Assembly (NCBI GenBank): GCA_963758295.1
Contig: CAVWUU010000001.1
Span: forward strand, 640,001-704,000
Source: Candidatus Eremiobacteria bacterium
GTDB taxonomy: Bacteria; Vulcanimicrobiota; Vulcanimicrobiia; Vulcanimicrobiales; Vulcanimicrobiaceae
Direction: 5' to 3'
DNA: 64,000 bases
Within the stretch, counting starts at the first letter, position 1. Every line of letters starts with the position of its first letter. The translations under genes were made by a program, and so were the position numbers. The notes beneath the pieces were generated by a model that was not told the origin of the DNA, ran no database searches, and worked only from the letters and a program-made list of their open reading frames with translations. Below, piece by piece: positions 31,153 to 40,716 of this stretch.

Positions 31153-32598
31153 ATGGGATCCGGATTGAATCGACCGGCGGGCGCCGCCATGGATGCGGCC
31201 CGCATCCTTGAGCCTTATCGGGGGCCTTGGGACGAGCGACTGGCGGCGCACCTTCTGCGGCGCGCGGGTTTCGGCGGCTCGCCGCAAACCGTTCAAAAAT
31301 TCGCTTCGATGAACCCACGCGACGCCGTGGCGAGTCTTCTTGTCGTTCCCGATCCCTTGGCGATTCCGCAACCCGCGGCGCCGTTCGATCCACGCGAACG
31401 GATCGCCGAGCTACGCGGGAGCGATTCAACGCAACGTCGTGAAGCGCTCAAAGCGTTGCGCAAGGAGATGCGCGCGTCGATCCTCGAGTTGCAGTTGTGG
31501 TGGCTTAACCAGATGTTAAGCACCTCCGGCCCTCTACAAGAAAAGATGACGCTGTTTCTGCACGGTCACTTCACGACCGCCGCAATTCAAAAGGGTGTGT
31601 GGCCGCCCTACGTCTGGCAACAGAATCAGCTCTATCGCAGCTCGGCGCTTGGAAATTTACGGAAGCTGACGGTTGCGGTGAGCCAGGATCCGGCGATGTT
31701 GCTGTATCTCGACAACGCCTCGAGCAACAAGGCGCACCCGAATGAGAACTACGCGCGTGAACTGATGGAGCTTTTCACGCTCGGTCACGGAAACTATAGC
31801 GAGGAAGATATCCGCCAATCGGCGCGCGCCTTTACCGGTTGGACAATCAACCGTCGCGCCGGTCAGTTTGCATTCAACGAACGCATTCACGACGACGGAA
31901 CCAAGACATTCCTCGGTCGCTCCGGGAACTTCGACGGAAACGATATCGTTGACATCATCTACGAACAACCGGCGTGCCCAACGTTTTGGGCCCAGAAATT
32001 ACTCAACTTCTTCGTGTATAACGATCCCGAGCCGCCGGTAGTAAATGCGTTGGCAAAGGTGATCCAAAGCAATGATTTTGAACTGCGGCCGGTGCTCTCC
32101 ACGCTCTTTCAAAGCAACCTGTTCTATTCGCCGCGAGCATACCGCGCACTGGTGAAAGCGCCCGTTGAATTCGTCGTGGGAACACATCACGCATTTGGGC
32201 TCGAGAGGATCGAAGCTCCAGCTTTACGCGCGCTTGCTCAGATGGGGCAAATTCTGTTCTATCCGCCAAACGTCGCCGGTTGGCCGGGGGGAACGAATTG
32301 GATTACGTCGCAGACGTTAATTGCGCGCGAGAATTTCGTTGCTGCTCTAATGAATTCGCCGCTAATGAGCGCCTCGTGGATCGATCGCGCTCCAGCCGAC
32401 GCCTCGTCGGCTTCCAAGGCTCTGATTGCCGGGCTTCTCCAGAACGACGCGCCTCAACAGGCGTACGCGCAGCTCTCCGGCTACCTCGATGGCGACGGGA
32501 CGTCGGCGCTGAGGAATTTCTCTGCTGAAAACTACCAAGAGCGGGTGCGTGGAGCAGCTTATCTCACGACGGCAATGCCGGCGTATCAGTTGAATTAG
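31153..32598 (+). CDS. DUF1800 family protein
   Basis: AAHLLRRAGFG, LQEKMTLFLHGHF, NENYARELMELFTLG, PPNVAGW. Confidence 0.92.
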   Translation: MGSGLNRPAGAAMDAARILEPYRGPWDERLAAHLLRRAGFGGSPQTVQKFASMNPRDAVASLLVVPDPLAIPQPAAPFDPRERIAELRGSDSTQRREALKALRKEMRASILELQLWWLNQMLSTSGPLQEKMTLFLHGHFTTAAIQKGVWPPYVWQQNQLYRSSALGNLRKLTVAVSQDPAMLLYLDNASSNKAHPNENYARELMELFTLGHGNYSEEDIRQSARAFTGWTINRRAGQFAFNERIHDDGTKTFLGRSGNFDGNDIVDIIYEQPACPTFWAQKLLNFFVYNDPEPPVVNALAKVIQSNDFELRPVLSTLFQSNLFYSPRAYRALVKAPVEFVVGTHHAFGLERIEAPALRALAQMGQILFYPPNVAGWPGGTNWITSQTLIARENFVAALMNSPLMSASWIDRAPADASSASKALIAGLLQNDAPQQAYAQLSGYLDGDGTSALRNFSAENYQERVRGAAYLTTAMPAYQLN

Positions 32599-32615
32599 GA
32601 TGTGGAACTAAGACA

Positions 32616-33839
32616 ATGATAAAACGCGGCCAATTTCTTATCGGAGCCCTCTCCGGCATAACGATCGTCGCGAATAGCGAACACGTTTTCGCGCGGGCGC
32701 TCGCCGATTCACCGCTGCCCGGCCTCCCCGGCGCGCAAGATCGTATCCTCGTCCTTATAAATTTGCAAGGCGGTAACGACGGCTTGAATTGCGTCGTCCC
32801 GCACGGGAATGCGGAATACTACCGCCAGCGCCCGACCATCGGCGTTGCCTCATCCGATGTCCTTGCACTCGATGCGAACGTCGGGTTCAACCCGTCGATG
32901 CGATCTATGAAGGCGATGTACGATCGCGGGATGATTGCAGTGGTCCAAGGAGTCGGCTATCCGGATCCCGATCACTCGCATTTTCGCTCGACTGAAATTT
33001 GGCAAACAGCCGTTCCCGACCGTTACGAGCACACCGGATGGCTCGGGCGATACTTAGACGACGCGCAGCTTCCAAAGGAAAATCTGTTTAATGGCGTCGC
33101 GTTGGCGCAGGTCCTGCCCGAAGTATTGCTTGCGAATACGGTCGACGTGCCGGCGATCGCGCAATTGAACGGTTACGGGCTCGTGAGCGATCGCAGTAGC
33201 ACGGCAAAGAAGACATATTCGGAGCTCGTCCGCGACAAACAATTCCCGTTTGGATCGCCGTACTTATCTCATGTAGCGGAAATCGAAGATCACGCGCAAC
33301 GCGGCTCCGAAGAACTTCCTAAGCTCGTGGCCGGCTATAAGACCGATGCGTCCTATCCCGCGACGCCGCTCGGCCGCAGTCTTGCTTTGGCCGCGCAAAT
33401 CGTCGGCAGCAAAGTGGGCACAAAAGTGCTTTACGTGCAGCACGGATCGTTCGACACGCACGTGAATCAAAAGGCGACCCAAGAGCGGTTGCTGGGCGAA
33501 CTCTCCGATGCACTGTCCGCTTTTTACGGCGATCTCGCGGCGCACGGAAACGATAAGCGCGTGCTGACGATGACGTTCAGCGAATTCGGACGGCGCATCG
33601 CCGAGAATGCGAGCCGCGGTACCGATCATGGCGAGGCCTCGCCGCTGTTCCTCATCGGCGGCGCCGTGAAAGGCGGCCTTTACGGCTCGCTACCGGATCT
33701 CGCGCAGAACAACATGGGCAACCTGCGTTACTCCACCGATTTCCGAAGCGTCTATGCAACGGTTTTGGAACGCTGGCTCGGCCGCCCGTCTCAGAAGATC
33801 TTAGGTGGTTCCTTCGCGCACGTCGGCGCTCTCGCGTAG
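32616..33839 (+). CDS. DUF1501 family protein (Tat-like leader)
   Basis: GGNDGLN, SHFRS, FDTH, SEFGRR, GTDHG, DFRSVY. Confidence 0.92.
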   Translation: MIKRGQFLIGALSGITIVANSEHVFARALADSPLPGLPGAQDRILVLINLQGGNDGLNCVVPHGNAEYYRQRPTIGVASSDVLALDANVGFNPSMRSMKAMYDRGMIAVVQGVGYPDPDHSHFRSTEIWQTAVPDRYEHTGWLGRYLDDAQLPKENLFNGVALAQVLPEVLLANTVDVPAIAQLNGYGLVSDRSSTAKKTYSELVRDKQFPFGSPYLSHVAEIEDHAQRGSEELPKLVAGYKTDASYPATPLGRSLALAAQIVGSKVGTKVLYVQHGSFDTHVNQKATQERLLGELSDALSAFYGDLAAHGNDKRVLTMTFSEFGRRIAENASRGTDHGEASPLFLIGGAVKGGLYGSLPDLAQNNMGNLRYSTDFRSVYATVLERWLGRPSQKILGGSFAHVGALA

Positions 33840-33841
33840 TC

Positions 33842-34336
33842 TCAAGCGCGCTCGAGCGCTTGCGCCGCATTAGAAAGCGGCGTCGCCAGCGACGGAAGCT
33901 GAACGGCTAGGACGCGAAACACGCGCGACGCGTACCCTGCAAGCGAAAGCGTCGGGTCGATCGCGCGCGCAACCTCGTCGATCGGCGGCGGTGCTCGATG
34001 CAAAATCATCGCGGTCGTCATCAGCGGATTTGCGAACAGTCCCACAAGCTCGAGTCCCCCATCGGTCGAGCGCTCCAGCGACGGCGGAAACGCGTTCCCG
34101 GCCGGAATCCCGGCTGCTGCCGAACGCATGCGAGCGACCGCCTCGCGAAGCCGCGCGCCGGCATCGCTGGATTCGTCACCATCGAGCGCCGTTTGGAGCT
34201 TCGCGAGGTCCACGCCGTGCTCGCTGGCAATGGCCGAGACATCGGAGTCGGCCAGAAGCCCAGTGAGGATCGTGTTTCGCGAAATGTCGCCGGCAAAGAG
34301 CCGGTGCATGAAGTCGTTCGTTGCTACATACCGCAT
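33842..34336 (-). CDS. Hypothetical protein
   Basis: 164-aa ORF abutting the MCO remnant. Confidence 0.5.
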   Translation of the reverse strand: MRYVATNDFMHRLFAGDISRNTILTGLLADSDVSAIASEHGVDLAKLQTALDGDESSDAGARLREAVARMRSAAAGIPAGNAFPPSLERSTDGGLELVGLFANPLMTTAMILHRAPPPIDEVARAIDPTLSLAGYASRVFRVLAVQLPSLATPLSNAAQALERA

Positions 34337-34638
34337 CTAGATGGTTTGAATTTTAGCCATCATGCCGCCATCCTCGTGGTCGTAGAATATGACAGTGGAA
34401 CGTGAACGTTCCCGGATCACCGGGTCGCGGAAGTCCACTAGCGCCGTTACGGACCCGGCAACGAAGGTGTTGTGCTCGCCCGGCGTGCGGGGCGCAATGA
34501 CGACCATATCGTTCCATTGGTGAGAGACCGCTTTGCCGTTGACGGTCTGAACCGCGAAATGCACTCAACGGTTCCAACTCCGCACTCGGATACGGCCAAA
34601 GCCGGAGCGAGCGCTGCAAGCGCAACTTTAGTACGCAA
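34337..34638 (-). pseudogene. Multicopper oxidase remnant (leader joined to last about 75 aa)
   Basis: Frames give HFAVQTVNG...DFRDPVI / GTFTFHCHIL / DHEDGGMM, the type-1 Cu HCHxxxHExxGM motif. Confidence 0.78.
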
Positions 34639-35758
34639 AGAGCAGCCCTGCGCCGAGCTGATACGTGCGATCGCTTTGACGCGTGCCTTCCAAGGTGAAG
34701 CGGAAGTTGCGCGCGGGACGCATTACGAGCGAGAGCGTGTCGGCAGCTTGGCGAAGATTGAATCGATCGTAGGTGTTGTCGTATCGATAGTACAGCGAAA
34801 GTCCGCCGCTGAAATGCCAGCCGGTTTGTAAGAACCCGCCGGCGGAAAGCAAGCCCAGTCCAAAGCCGTCGGCGCTCGAATCTCCGCCATGTTGCAACAC
34901 GGCTTGCGCTTCGATTTTATTACGTTCGTAACCGACGCCATAGCCGTCGCGATGGAACCGATCGTGAACGGGCCCGAGCGCGCGATTTCCTTGATACCGG
35001 TACGCGTACGCCGTGAAGTCCGGCCCGAGTGTTTTCGACAGGGAGCCCATCACGTCGACACCGTCGCTTGGGAAACCGCTGCCTCGATCGACGGCTTGCG
35101 CGAGAACGAGATGCCCGGCGAAGCCGCGACGGTCGTCGGTGAGATAAAGATCGGTTCCAAGGCGCGGATCGAAAAGATTGAAGGTGTTGGTCCCGACCGT
35201 TTGGTCGAAAATGCCGTAGTGTGATAACGTGGGGCGCTGCGTCTCCGGATCGACCGGAAGGGGCAGTGTGAAGTCGCCGATGCGCGCGTGAAGCTGCGGA
35301 CCCAGCGGGTCGCTCGTGAGCGGTTGGCGCACGTCGGCCCAGATATCCCGAGGACGCCCCGGCTCGCCGCCGTCGACGGCGTAATTTTCGAAGTAGTAGC
35401 TTGCGTTGGGCCCGAGGGATCCGGCGGATAAGATCTCGACTTCGTCGACGATCGCCTTCGGAAGCGGCGCGGCGCCTTCGTCGCTGGTGCCGGCACTTGA
35501 ATAGGCCAGCGCAACCTTCACCGCGACCGGAAAGACCCCACGTGCTCCGCCCCCGAGCCGAAAGCCGTTGTGCATGAAGTATTGGCCGAACGCATTGAGC
35601 TGCGGAACCGTCGTATGACATTGCTGGCACGAGAAGCCGTAGCGGTGCGCAAACACCGGCAACGCAGAGGCAGGACGAGGCGCAGCAAACAACCCGAGCG
35701 CCAGCGCGAATATGGCAATCCCAATACGAAAATTAGGCACGCCTAAATATTGCCCCAA
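34628..35758 (-). CDS. Cyc2-like monoheme cytochrome c-porin fusion (alternative GTG start 35740)
   Basis: Signal peptide, ALPVFAHRYGFSCQQCHTTVPQLNAFG..F..NGF, amphipathic beta-strand body, C-terminal aromatic beta-signal LLFAY. Confidence 0.78.
   Translation of the reverse strand: MGQYLGVPNFRIGIAIFALALGLFAAPRPASALPVFAHRYGFSCQQCHTTVPQLNAFGQYFMHNGFRLGGGARGVFPVAVKVALAYSSAGTSDEGAAPLPKAIVDEVEILSAGSLGPNASYYFENYAVDGGEPGRPRDIWADVRQPLTSDPLGPQLHARIGDFTLPLPVDPETQRPTLSHYGIFDQTVGTNTFNLFDPRLGTDLYLTDDRRGFAGHLVLAQAVDRGSGFPSDGVDVMGSLSKTLGPDFTAYAYRYQGNRALGPVHDRFHRDGYGVGYERNKIEAQAVLQHGGDSSADGFGLGLLSAGGFLQTGWHFSGGLSLYYRYDNTYDRFNLRQAADTLSLVMRPARNFRFTLEGTRQSDRTYQLGAGLLFAY
35731..35748. promoter_or_regulatory. 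Palindromic operator, DtxR/MntR-like
   Basis: AA-TTAGGC-AC-GCCTAA-AT; extra GCCTAA half-site at 35762. Confidence 0.5.
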
Positions 35759-35926
35759 TATGCCTAATCCTTGTACGACTTTGGGCGCAGGTTAAAAAAG
35801 TGTTAACGGTAAAAATTTGCCGAGTTGCACCGGAGCCTCGAAGGCTCAAAAAACCGGAAGGACACGAGACGATCTGATGGAGTTCGTGGAGGAACACCTA
35901 CGATCGCTCATCGTGAGGTGCGGGCT

Positions 35927-36328
35927 ATGATCGACACGGGGTACATAGCCGGCCTCCGCGAGAGCGGTTTACCACCAAGGGGCACACCGAAAAATTATCT
36001 CATGGCATGGCTTCTCGTCATGCTCAAAGACCACAACCTGCACGGCTACGAAATCATGAAGGAACTCAAAGAGAAGTTCGACGTGATCACCGAGCCGGGC
36101 ACCGTTTACCGGGCGCTACGTCAACTGGAACGCGACGGATACATCTCATCGTGGTGGGATCCAAAAGACCAAGGACCGGCACGCCGCATTTACACCGTCA
36201 CCGACGCCGGCTGCTCGGCGTTACGGCTCTGGAATACGGCCCTCGAACAATACCGTTCTAATCTGGAGCAATTTTTCGTTCTATATGCTAGCAAGCATCA
36301 GGCTCTCGGGGATCGTAACTTAGCCTAA
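35927..36328 (+). CDS. PadR-family regulator, PhaQ-like
   Basis: PKNYLMAWLL...LHGYEIM...PGTVYRALRQLE..G.I.S.W...GPARRIY. Confidence 0.85.
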   Translation: MIDTGYIAGLRESGLPPRGTPKNYLMAWLLVMLKDHNLHGYEIMKELKEKFDVITEPGTVYRALRQLERDGYISSWWDPKDQGPARRIYTVTDAGCSALRLWNTALEQYRSNLEQFFVLYASKHQALGDRNLA

Positions 36329-36330
36329 TC

Positions 36331-37128
36331 TTGGGCTCTTCAATTCTCTTTCTTGGCAGCGGCGGCGCCCGTTTCGTCGTCGCTCGCCAACTTCGTGCCT
36401 CGGGCGGCATGTGGATGCGTTTCGGGGAGACGCAGATCCACGTCGATCCCGGTCCGGGCGCGCTCGTTCGAGCGCTTTCGCACGTTCCACCGTGCAATCC
36501 ACGCGAACTCGACGCGATCGTACTCTCGCACAAGCATCTCGATCACTCCGGCGATGTTACCGCCATGATCGAAGCCATGACATCGGGCGGCTTTCGCCGG
36601 CGCGGCGCATTGCTTGCGCCCGCCGATGCCTTTGAAGCGGATTCTGCCGTGCTTCCATACGCCCGCGCGTTTGTTGCGCGCAGCGAACGACTCGGTGCGT
36701 GCGAAGGTCCGTACGTCATTGGAGATGTCCGGCTGCAAACGTCGATCGCGCACGTACACGCCGTTCAAACATACGGCCTGCACTTCGAATATGACGGAAC
36801 GCGTGTGTCGTATCTCCCTTGCGGACGGAACTTCGACGGACTCGCCGAGGACTACGCGAAACACGATCCCGACGTCCTCGTGATGAATGTCTTGCGCTTT
36901 CGCGATAGCATGGACGTCGATCATCTCACGTGGGATGACGCAAAGCGCATAGTCGAAACCGTGCGACCCCGTGTCGCGGTATTCCAACACTTCGGAACGA
37001 AAATGCTCGAACAAAATCCGGCCGTGCTGGCACAGGAAATCGAAGATCAGCTGGCTATTCGCGCGATCGCTGCATACGATGGCTTCGAACTCGACGTCGA
37101 AACGGAAGTTGCAGCCGTTGAGCGTTGA
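36331..37128 (+). CDS. Metallo-beta-lactamase fold hydrolase
   Basis: FLGSGG, VDPGPG, SHKHLDH, QHFG. Confidence 0.85.
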   Translation: MGSSILFLGSGGARFVVARQLRASGGMWMRFGETQIHVDPGPGALVRALSHVPPCNPRELDAIVLSHKHLDHSGDVTAMIEAMTSGGFRRRGALLAPADAFEADSAVLPYARAFVARSERLGACEGPYVIGDVRLQTSIAHVHAVQTYGLHFEYDGTRVSYLPCGRNFDGLAEDYAKHDPDVLVMNVLRFRDSMDVDHLTWDDAKRIVETVRPRVAVFQHFGTKMLEQNPAVLAQEIEDQLAIRAIAAYDGFELDVETEVAAVER

Positions 37129-37543
37129 GATCGTTCGCCTTCAACCCGATGCCCTAGCGGAGTTTTACCGCGCACACGATCGAGAAGCGTTAAGAGCGTT
37201 CTACGAATTCGCCGTAATCTGGCACGAACAGGGCTACGGCTTCGCCGCGGTAGAAGACGGAAAAACGCTCGCTGCTGCAACGCTGCGCGTTAGCGCGTCG
37301 CTAGGTCACGTCGACCGCGTCGTCGTCGGTCCGGCCCACCGCCGCCAGGGCATCGGCCGGCGGCTCGTCGACACCATGGCCGACGTCGCCAATTATTACA
37401 ACTGTCACAAGATGACCGTGCTCGTACCGCATCTGCGTTCGTCCCAATGCTTCTTTGAGGCATGCGGGTATGCAATAGAAGCGGTGCTCCCGCAGCACAC
37501 GTTCAAGCTCGACATGGCCGTTATGCGAAAGTTCTTATTGTAA
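37118..37543 (+). CDS. GNAT acetyltransferase
   Basis: VGPAHRRQGIGRRL, FFEACGY. Confidence 0.85.
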   Translation: MSVEIVRLQPDALAEFYRAHDREALRAFYEFAVIWHEQGYGFAAVEDGKTLAAATLRVSASLGHVDRVVVGPAHRRQGIGRRLVDTMADVANYYNCHKMTVLVPHLRSSQCFFEACGYAIEAVLPQHTFKLDMAVMRKFLL

Positions 37544-38596
37544 TCGGCGCGGGAGGCGGCGCTGGAAGGGCTGTCGCGTCATACGATAGATCGGCGCAAC
37601 TAAGGACCGTAAAGCGGCGCGCCGCTGTAAATCCGGATGGTCGCGCAACGCACCGTTGTAAAAAATGATCGCCCCCGAGCTGCTCGTCGCAGTTACCACC
37701 GGACCGCCGTGGCCAAAGATCACTTGTTGGTCGGTTGTACCGGCCCGTGTGCCGGCATCCGAAAAGATTCTCCCGGCGCTCGAGTGCGCGCCGATTTGCA
37801 CGCCGCTTCCGGCGATGCCGAGAATGACGTCGCCGCGGTCCGTTTCAAAACGCGCCAGGCCCGGCCGAAAAGAACCGTTGTCGTATAGTATCGATCCGGT
37901 AAGGCTCGTCGCTTCGATCTGCGTCGAGTTGCAATTCTGGAAGCGCATGTTCCCGCGTCCCGTACGAACGCGCAAACGTAAGAAGTCGGAATTCGAAGCC
38001 AGTACGCCGCCGTTGTTCACTTGCACCGCGCCCGTGCCGGAAACGTCGTCGAGCGACACGGAACCCGCGCCGACGTGTGCCACGAAAACACCGTTCTTAT
38101 AATCTTGAATCTCCACCGTTCCGCGCCGGACGTTCCCAACGAACAGCGCGGTGCCGTCGGGTGCGGAAATCGTGACGTTCCCTGAGCCGCGGATAATGAC
38201 GGCATCGTGCGGTGCGCCATTCAAGTTCGGAAAGATGAACGCTTCCGGCGGCAGCGATAAATCGCCGGCCGGCGTGTGAATGCGCTCGGACCAAAGCATC
38301 ACCTGGACCGGCAAGCGCTCCCCGACGCTCTGCGCCGCGATGTGACGAATTTGCACCGGGGAGTTCGACTCGATCTGAACGGCCGGTTGATTCGTGGTTC
38401 GTAAAACGACCGAGCCTTGATCGAGCTGCACGAAAAAAACAGGTGACGGCCCGGCGACTACGCGAGTCGTCGTATCGGCGCTTGCGCTCGTTTGCGCAAG
38501 CCCTATAAACGCAAAAGTCAGCAGGAGCGCCGCTGCCTGCTGCCATCGGTGTACCGTCACATGGAAATTGTACCGTTCGGCGCTCGCGGAAATCAT
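37535..38596 (-). CDS. DUF4097-like beta-strand repeat secreted protein
   Basis: Signal peptide; repeated xxGxV/I beta motifs. Confidence 0.7.
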   Translation of the reverse strand: MISASAERYNFHVTVHRWQQAAALLLTFAFIGLAQTSASADTTTRVVAGPSPVFFVQLDQGSVVLRTTNQPAVQIESNSPVQIRHIAAQSVGERLPVQVMLWSERIHTPAGDLSLPPEAFIFPNLNGAPHDAVIIRGSGNVTISAPDGTALFVGNVRRGTVEIQDYKNGVFVAHVGAGSVSLDDVSGTGAVQVNNGGVLASNSDFLRLRVRTGRGNMRFQNCNSTQIEATSLTGSILYDNGSFRPGLARFETDRGDVILGIAGSGVQIGAHSSAGRIFSDAGTRAGTTDQQVIFGHGGPVVTATSSSGAIIFYNGALRDHPDLQRRAALRSLVAPIYRMTRQPFQRRLPRRLQ

Positions 38597-40023
38597 GAAA
38601 TCTCCGTGAGCGCACCCGTTACCCGTGGAAAGCTCGCACGGAAGCGAGCGCCGCCATTTATCCCGCGCTGAACGCTAACCGTACCACTGTGTACGCGCGC
38701 GATCGAGCGAACGATGGCCAGACCTAAACCGGTGCCGGGAATATCGCGCGAACGGGCCTTGTCAGCGCGATAGAAACGGTCGAAGACGTGCGGCCACTCC
38801 TCTTCGGGAATGCCTGGTCCGGAATCGTCGATCTCTACCCATCCACGTGCAGTGTCACCGCCTATGCGCACGTCGATGCGCCCTTTTTCGGTGAATTTAA
38901 TCGCATTGTCGATAAGATTGCCGATCAACTGACGCAACAGACTTGCATCGGCGAGGATAACGACTGGTTCTTTTGGCTCATCTAAATTTAACGCGAGCCC
39001 TTTCTCCGCTGCGCGTTGCCCGGCGCTGCGCACCGCCTCGCCACCGAGGTCCGCGAGCGAAACCGGTTCCTTTGGAATCGCATCGCCGCGGTCGGCTTTC
39101 GCGAGCGTTAGCATGCCGTTGATCATTCCGGCAAGCGATGCGCTTTCGCCGGCGATGGTTTCCAGGCTCTCGCGCCGGATCGTTGGATCGCCGTCGCCCC
39201 ACCGAAGCAGCAATTGCGCGTTCGCGTTGATCGACGTGAGCGGCGTTTTCAGTTCGTGCGAGGCATCGGAAATGAACTGCCGTTCGCGCGCAAAGGCTTC
39301 GTCTAAGCGCGCAAGCAGATCGTCAAAACTGTCGGTGAGTTCGCCGATTTCGTCGTTGCGTTTCGGCCAGTGAAGCCGCAGATCCAGGCGGTCCGAACGT
39401 ATCTCGCGCATCGCTTGGGAAAGGCGTGTAATGGGACCGATCGCTTGCGAGGCCAGCGCAACGGAGATCGCGATGACCGCGATCGCCGCAAAGAGCAGCA
39501 CCAGCAAAATGGCCCGTCGTGTTTGGGCGAACGTGCGATTTACGGCGTCGAGCGGTTCGGCCACGTGCACGATGGCCGCGAACGGGCCGCTTCGAATGAT
39601 GCGATCTTCCACGATAAACGGGCGCGTGTCCAGCGAAACGGTACGGAAATCGGAATCATGCGCTGGATCGAGCGACGTGTTTGGAGGAATGCGAGACGCG
39701 CCGAGGTTCGCGGTCTTCGCGAGCGGATAGCCGCTTGTACTATCGACTTGGATGAACGTCGTGGGCGATTCCCACGTCGAAAGATTATTGCTGTTGAAAA
39801 GCTGCGTGATCGAATCCGACGCAAGGTCCTGAATTGCGAACGGATTGGGCTGCGGCTGCGCCGCCTGCAGGATTTCGCGCATGACGTTGTCGACGCGGGC
39901 CCGGGCTTCGTCGTAAAGAATCGATTGAAAACGCCACGCAATGAGGCTGCTCGTGGCGACCAGGACCACGATTAGAAGGGCTGCATAACTGGCGGCGATT
40001 CGCCACTTCAGCGAAATGCGCAA
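38593..40023 (-). CDS. HAMP sensor histidine kinase
   Basis: 2 TM, HAMP, SHELKTPL, NLIDNAIK, DSGPGI, GTGLGL. Confidence 0.93.
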   Translation of the reverse strand: MRISLKWRIAASYAALLIVVLVATSSLIAWRFQSILYDEARARVDNVMREILQAAQPQPNPFAIQDLASDSITQLFNSNNLSTWESPTTFIQVDSTSGYPLAKTANLGASRIPPNTSLDPAHDSDFRTVSLDTRPFIVEDRIIRSGPFAAIVHVAEPLDAVNRTFAQTRRAILLVLLFAAIAVIAISVALASQAIGPITRLSQAMREIRSDRLDLRLHWPKRNDEIGELTDSFDDLLARLDEAFARERQFISDASHELKTPLTSINANAQLLLRWGDGDPTIRRESLETIAGESASLAGMINGMLTLAKADRGDAIPKEPVSLADLGGEAVRSAGQRAAEKGLALNLDEPKEPVVILADASLLRQLIGNLIDNAIKFTEKGRIDVRIGGDTARGWVEIDDSGPGIPEEEWPHVFDRFYRADKARSRDIPGTGLGLAIVRSIARVHSGTVSVQRGINGGARFRASFPRVTGALTEIS

Positions 40024-40026
40024 TGA

Positions 40027-40707
40027 CTAGTCTTTGATCGTGTAACCCACACCGCGAACCGTGGTGATCAGCTTTTCGTCGAATCCTTCGTCGATTTTGC
40101 CCCGAAGGTACCGAATGTAGACGTCGATTAGATTCGAATCGCCGAGAAAATCGCTGCCCCAGACGCCGTTGAAGAGTTCGTCGCGCGTGTGGACCTTGTT
40201 GCGGTGCAGCAGCAGGTACTCGAGCAGCGCGTACTCTTTGGCGGTGAGCGCAATGTCTTTGCCGGCGCGCGTGACTTCGTGCCGGTCTCGATCCATGACG
40301 ACGTCGCGATAGTGAATTTGATTGGTCTTCGGCTGACGTTCGCGCAGCCGGGCGCGAACTCGCGCGAGCAGTTCTTCCGTAGCGAAAGGCTTCGTTAAAT
40401 AGTCGTCGGCGCCGACGTCCAGGCCCTCGACGCGGTCGGGCACCCGATCCTTGGCGGTAAGCATGATAATTGGGACGTTGCTCTTTGCGCGGATGCGACG
40501 CGTGATCTCGAGGCCGTCCATGCGCGGCAGCATCAAATCGAGAACGATCAGATCGGGTTCTTTGAGCGCCTTTTCCAGGCCCGAAAGTCCGTCGCGAGCC
40601 ACGTCGACTTCGTAGCCTTCGTGCTCGAGCTCAAGTTGAAGAACGCGGCCGATTGCCGCGTCGTCTTCAATCACCAGAAGCTTGTAGGGGTTCGCCGGCT
40701 CGTTCAT
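40027..40707 (-). CDS. OmpR-family response regulator
   Basis: LDLMLP, GADDYLTKPF, DVYIRYLR, TVRGVGY. Confidence 0.95.
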   Translation of the reverse strand: MNEPANPYKLLVIEDDAAIGRVLQLELEHEGYEVDVARDGLSGLEKALKEPDLIVLDLMLPRMDGLEITRRIRAKSNVPIIMLTAKDRVPDRVEGLDVGADDYLTKPFATEELLARVRARLRERQPKTNQIHYRDVVMDRDRHEVTRAGKDIALTAKEYALLEYLLLHRNKVHTRDELFNGVWGSDFLGDSNLIDVYIRYLRGKIDEGFDEKLITTVRGVGYTIKD

Positions 40708-40716
40708 GCCGACGAT

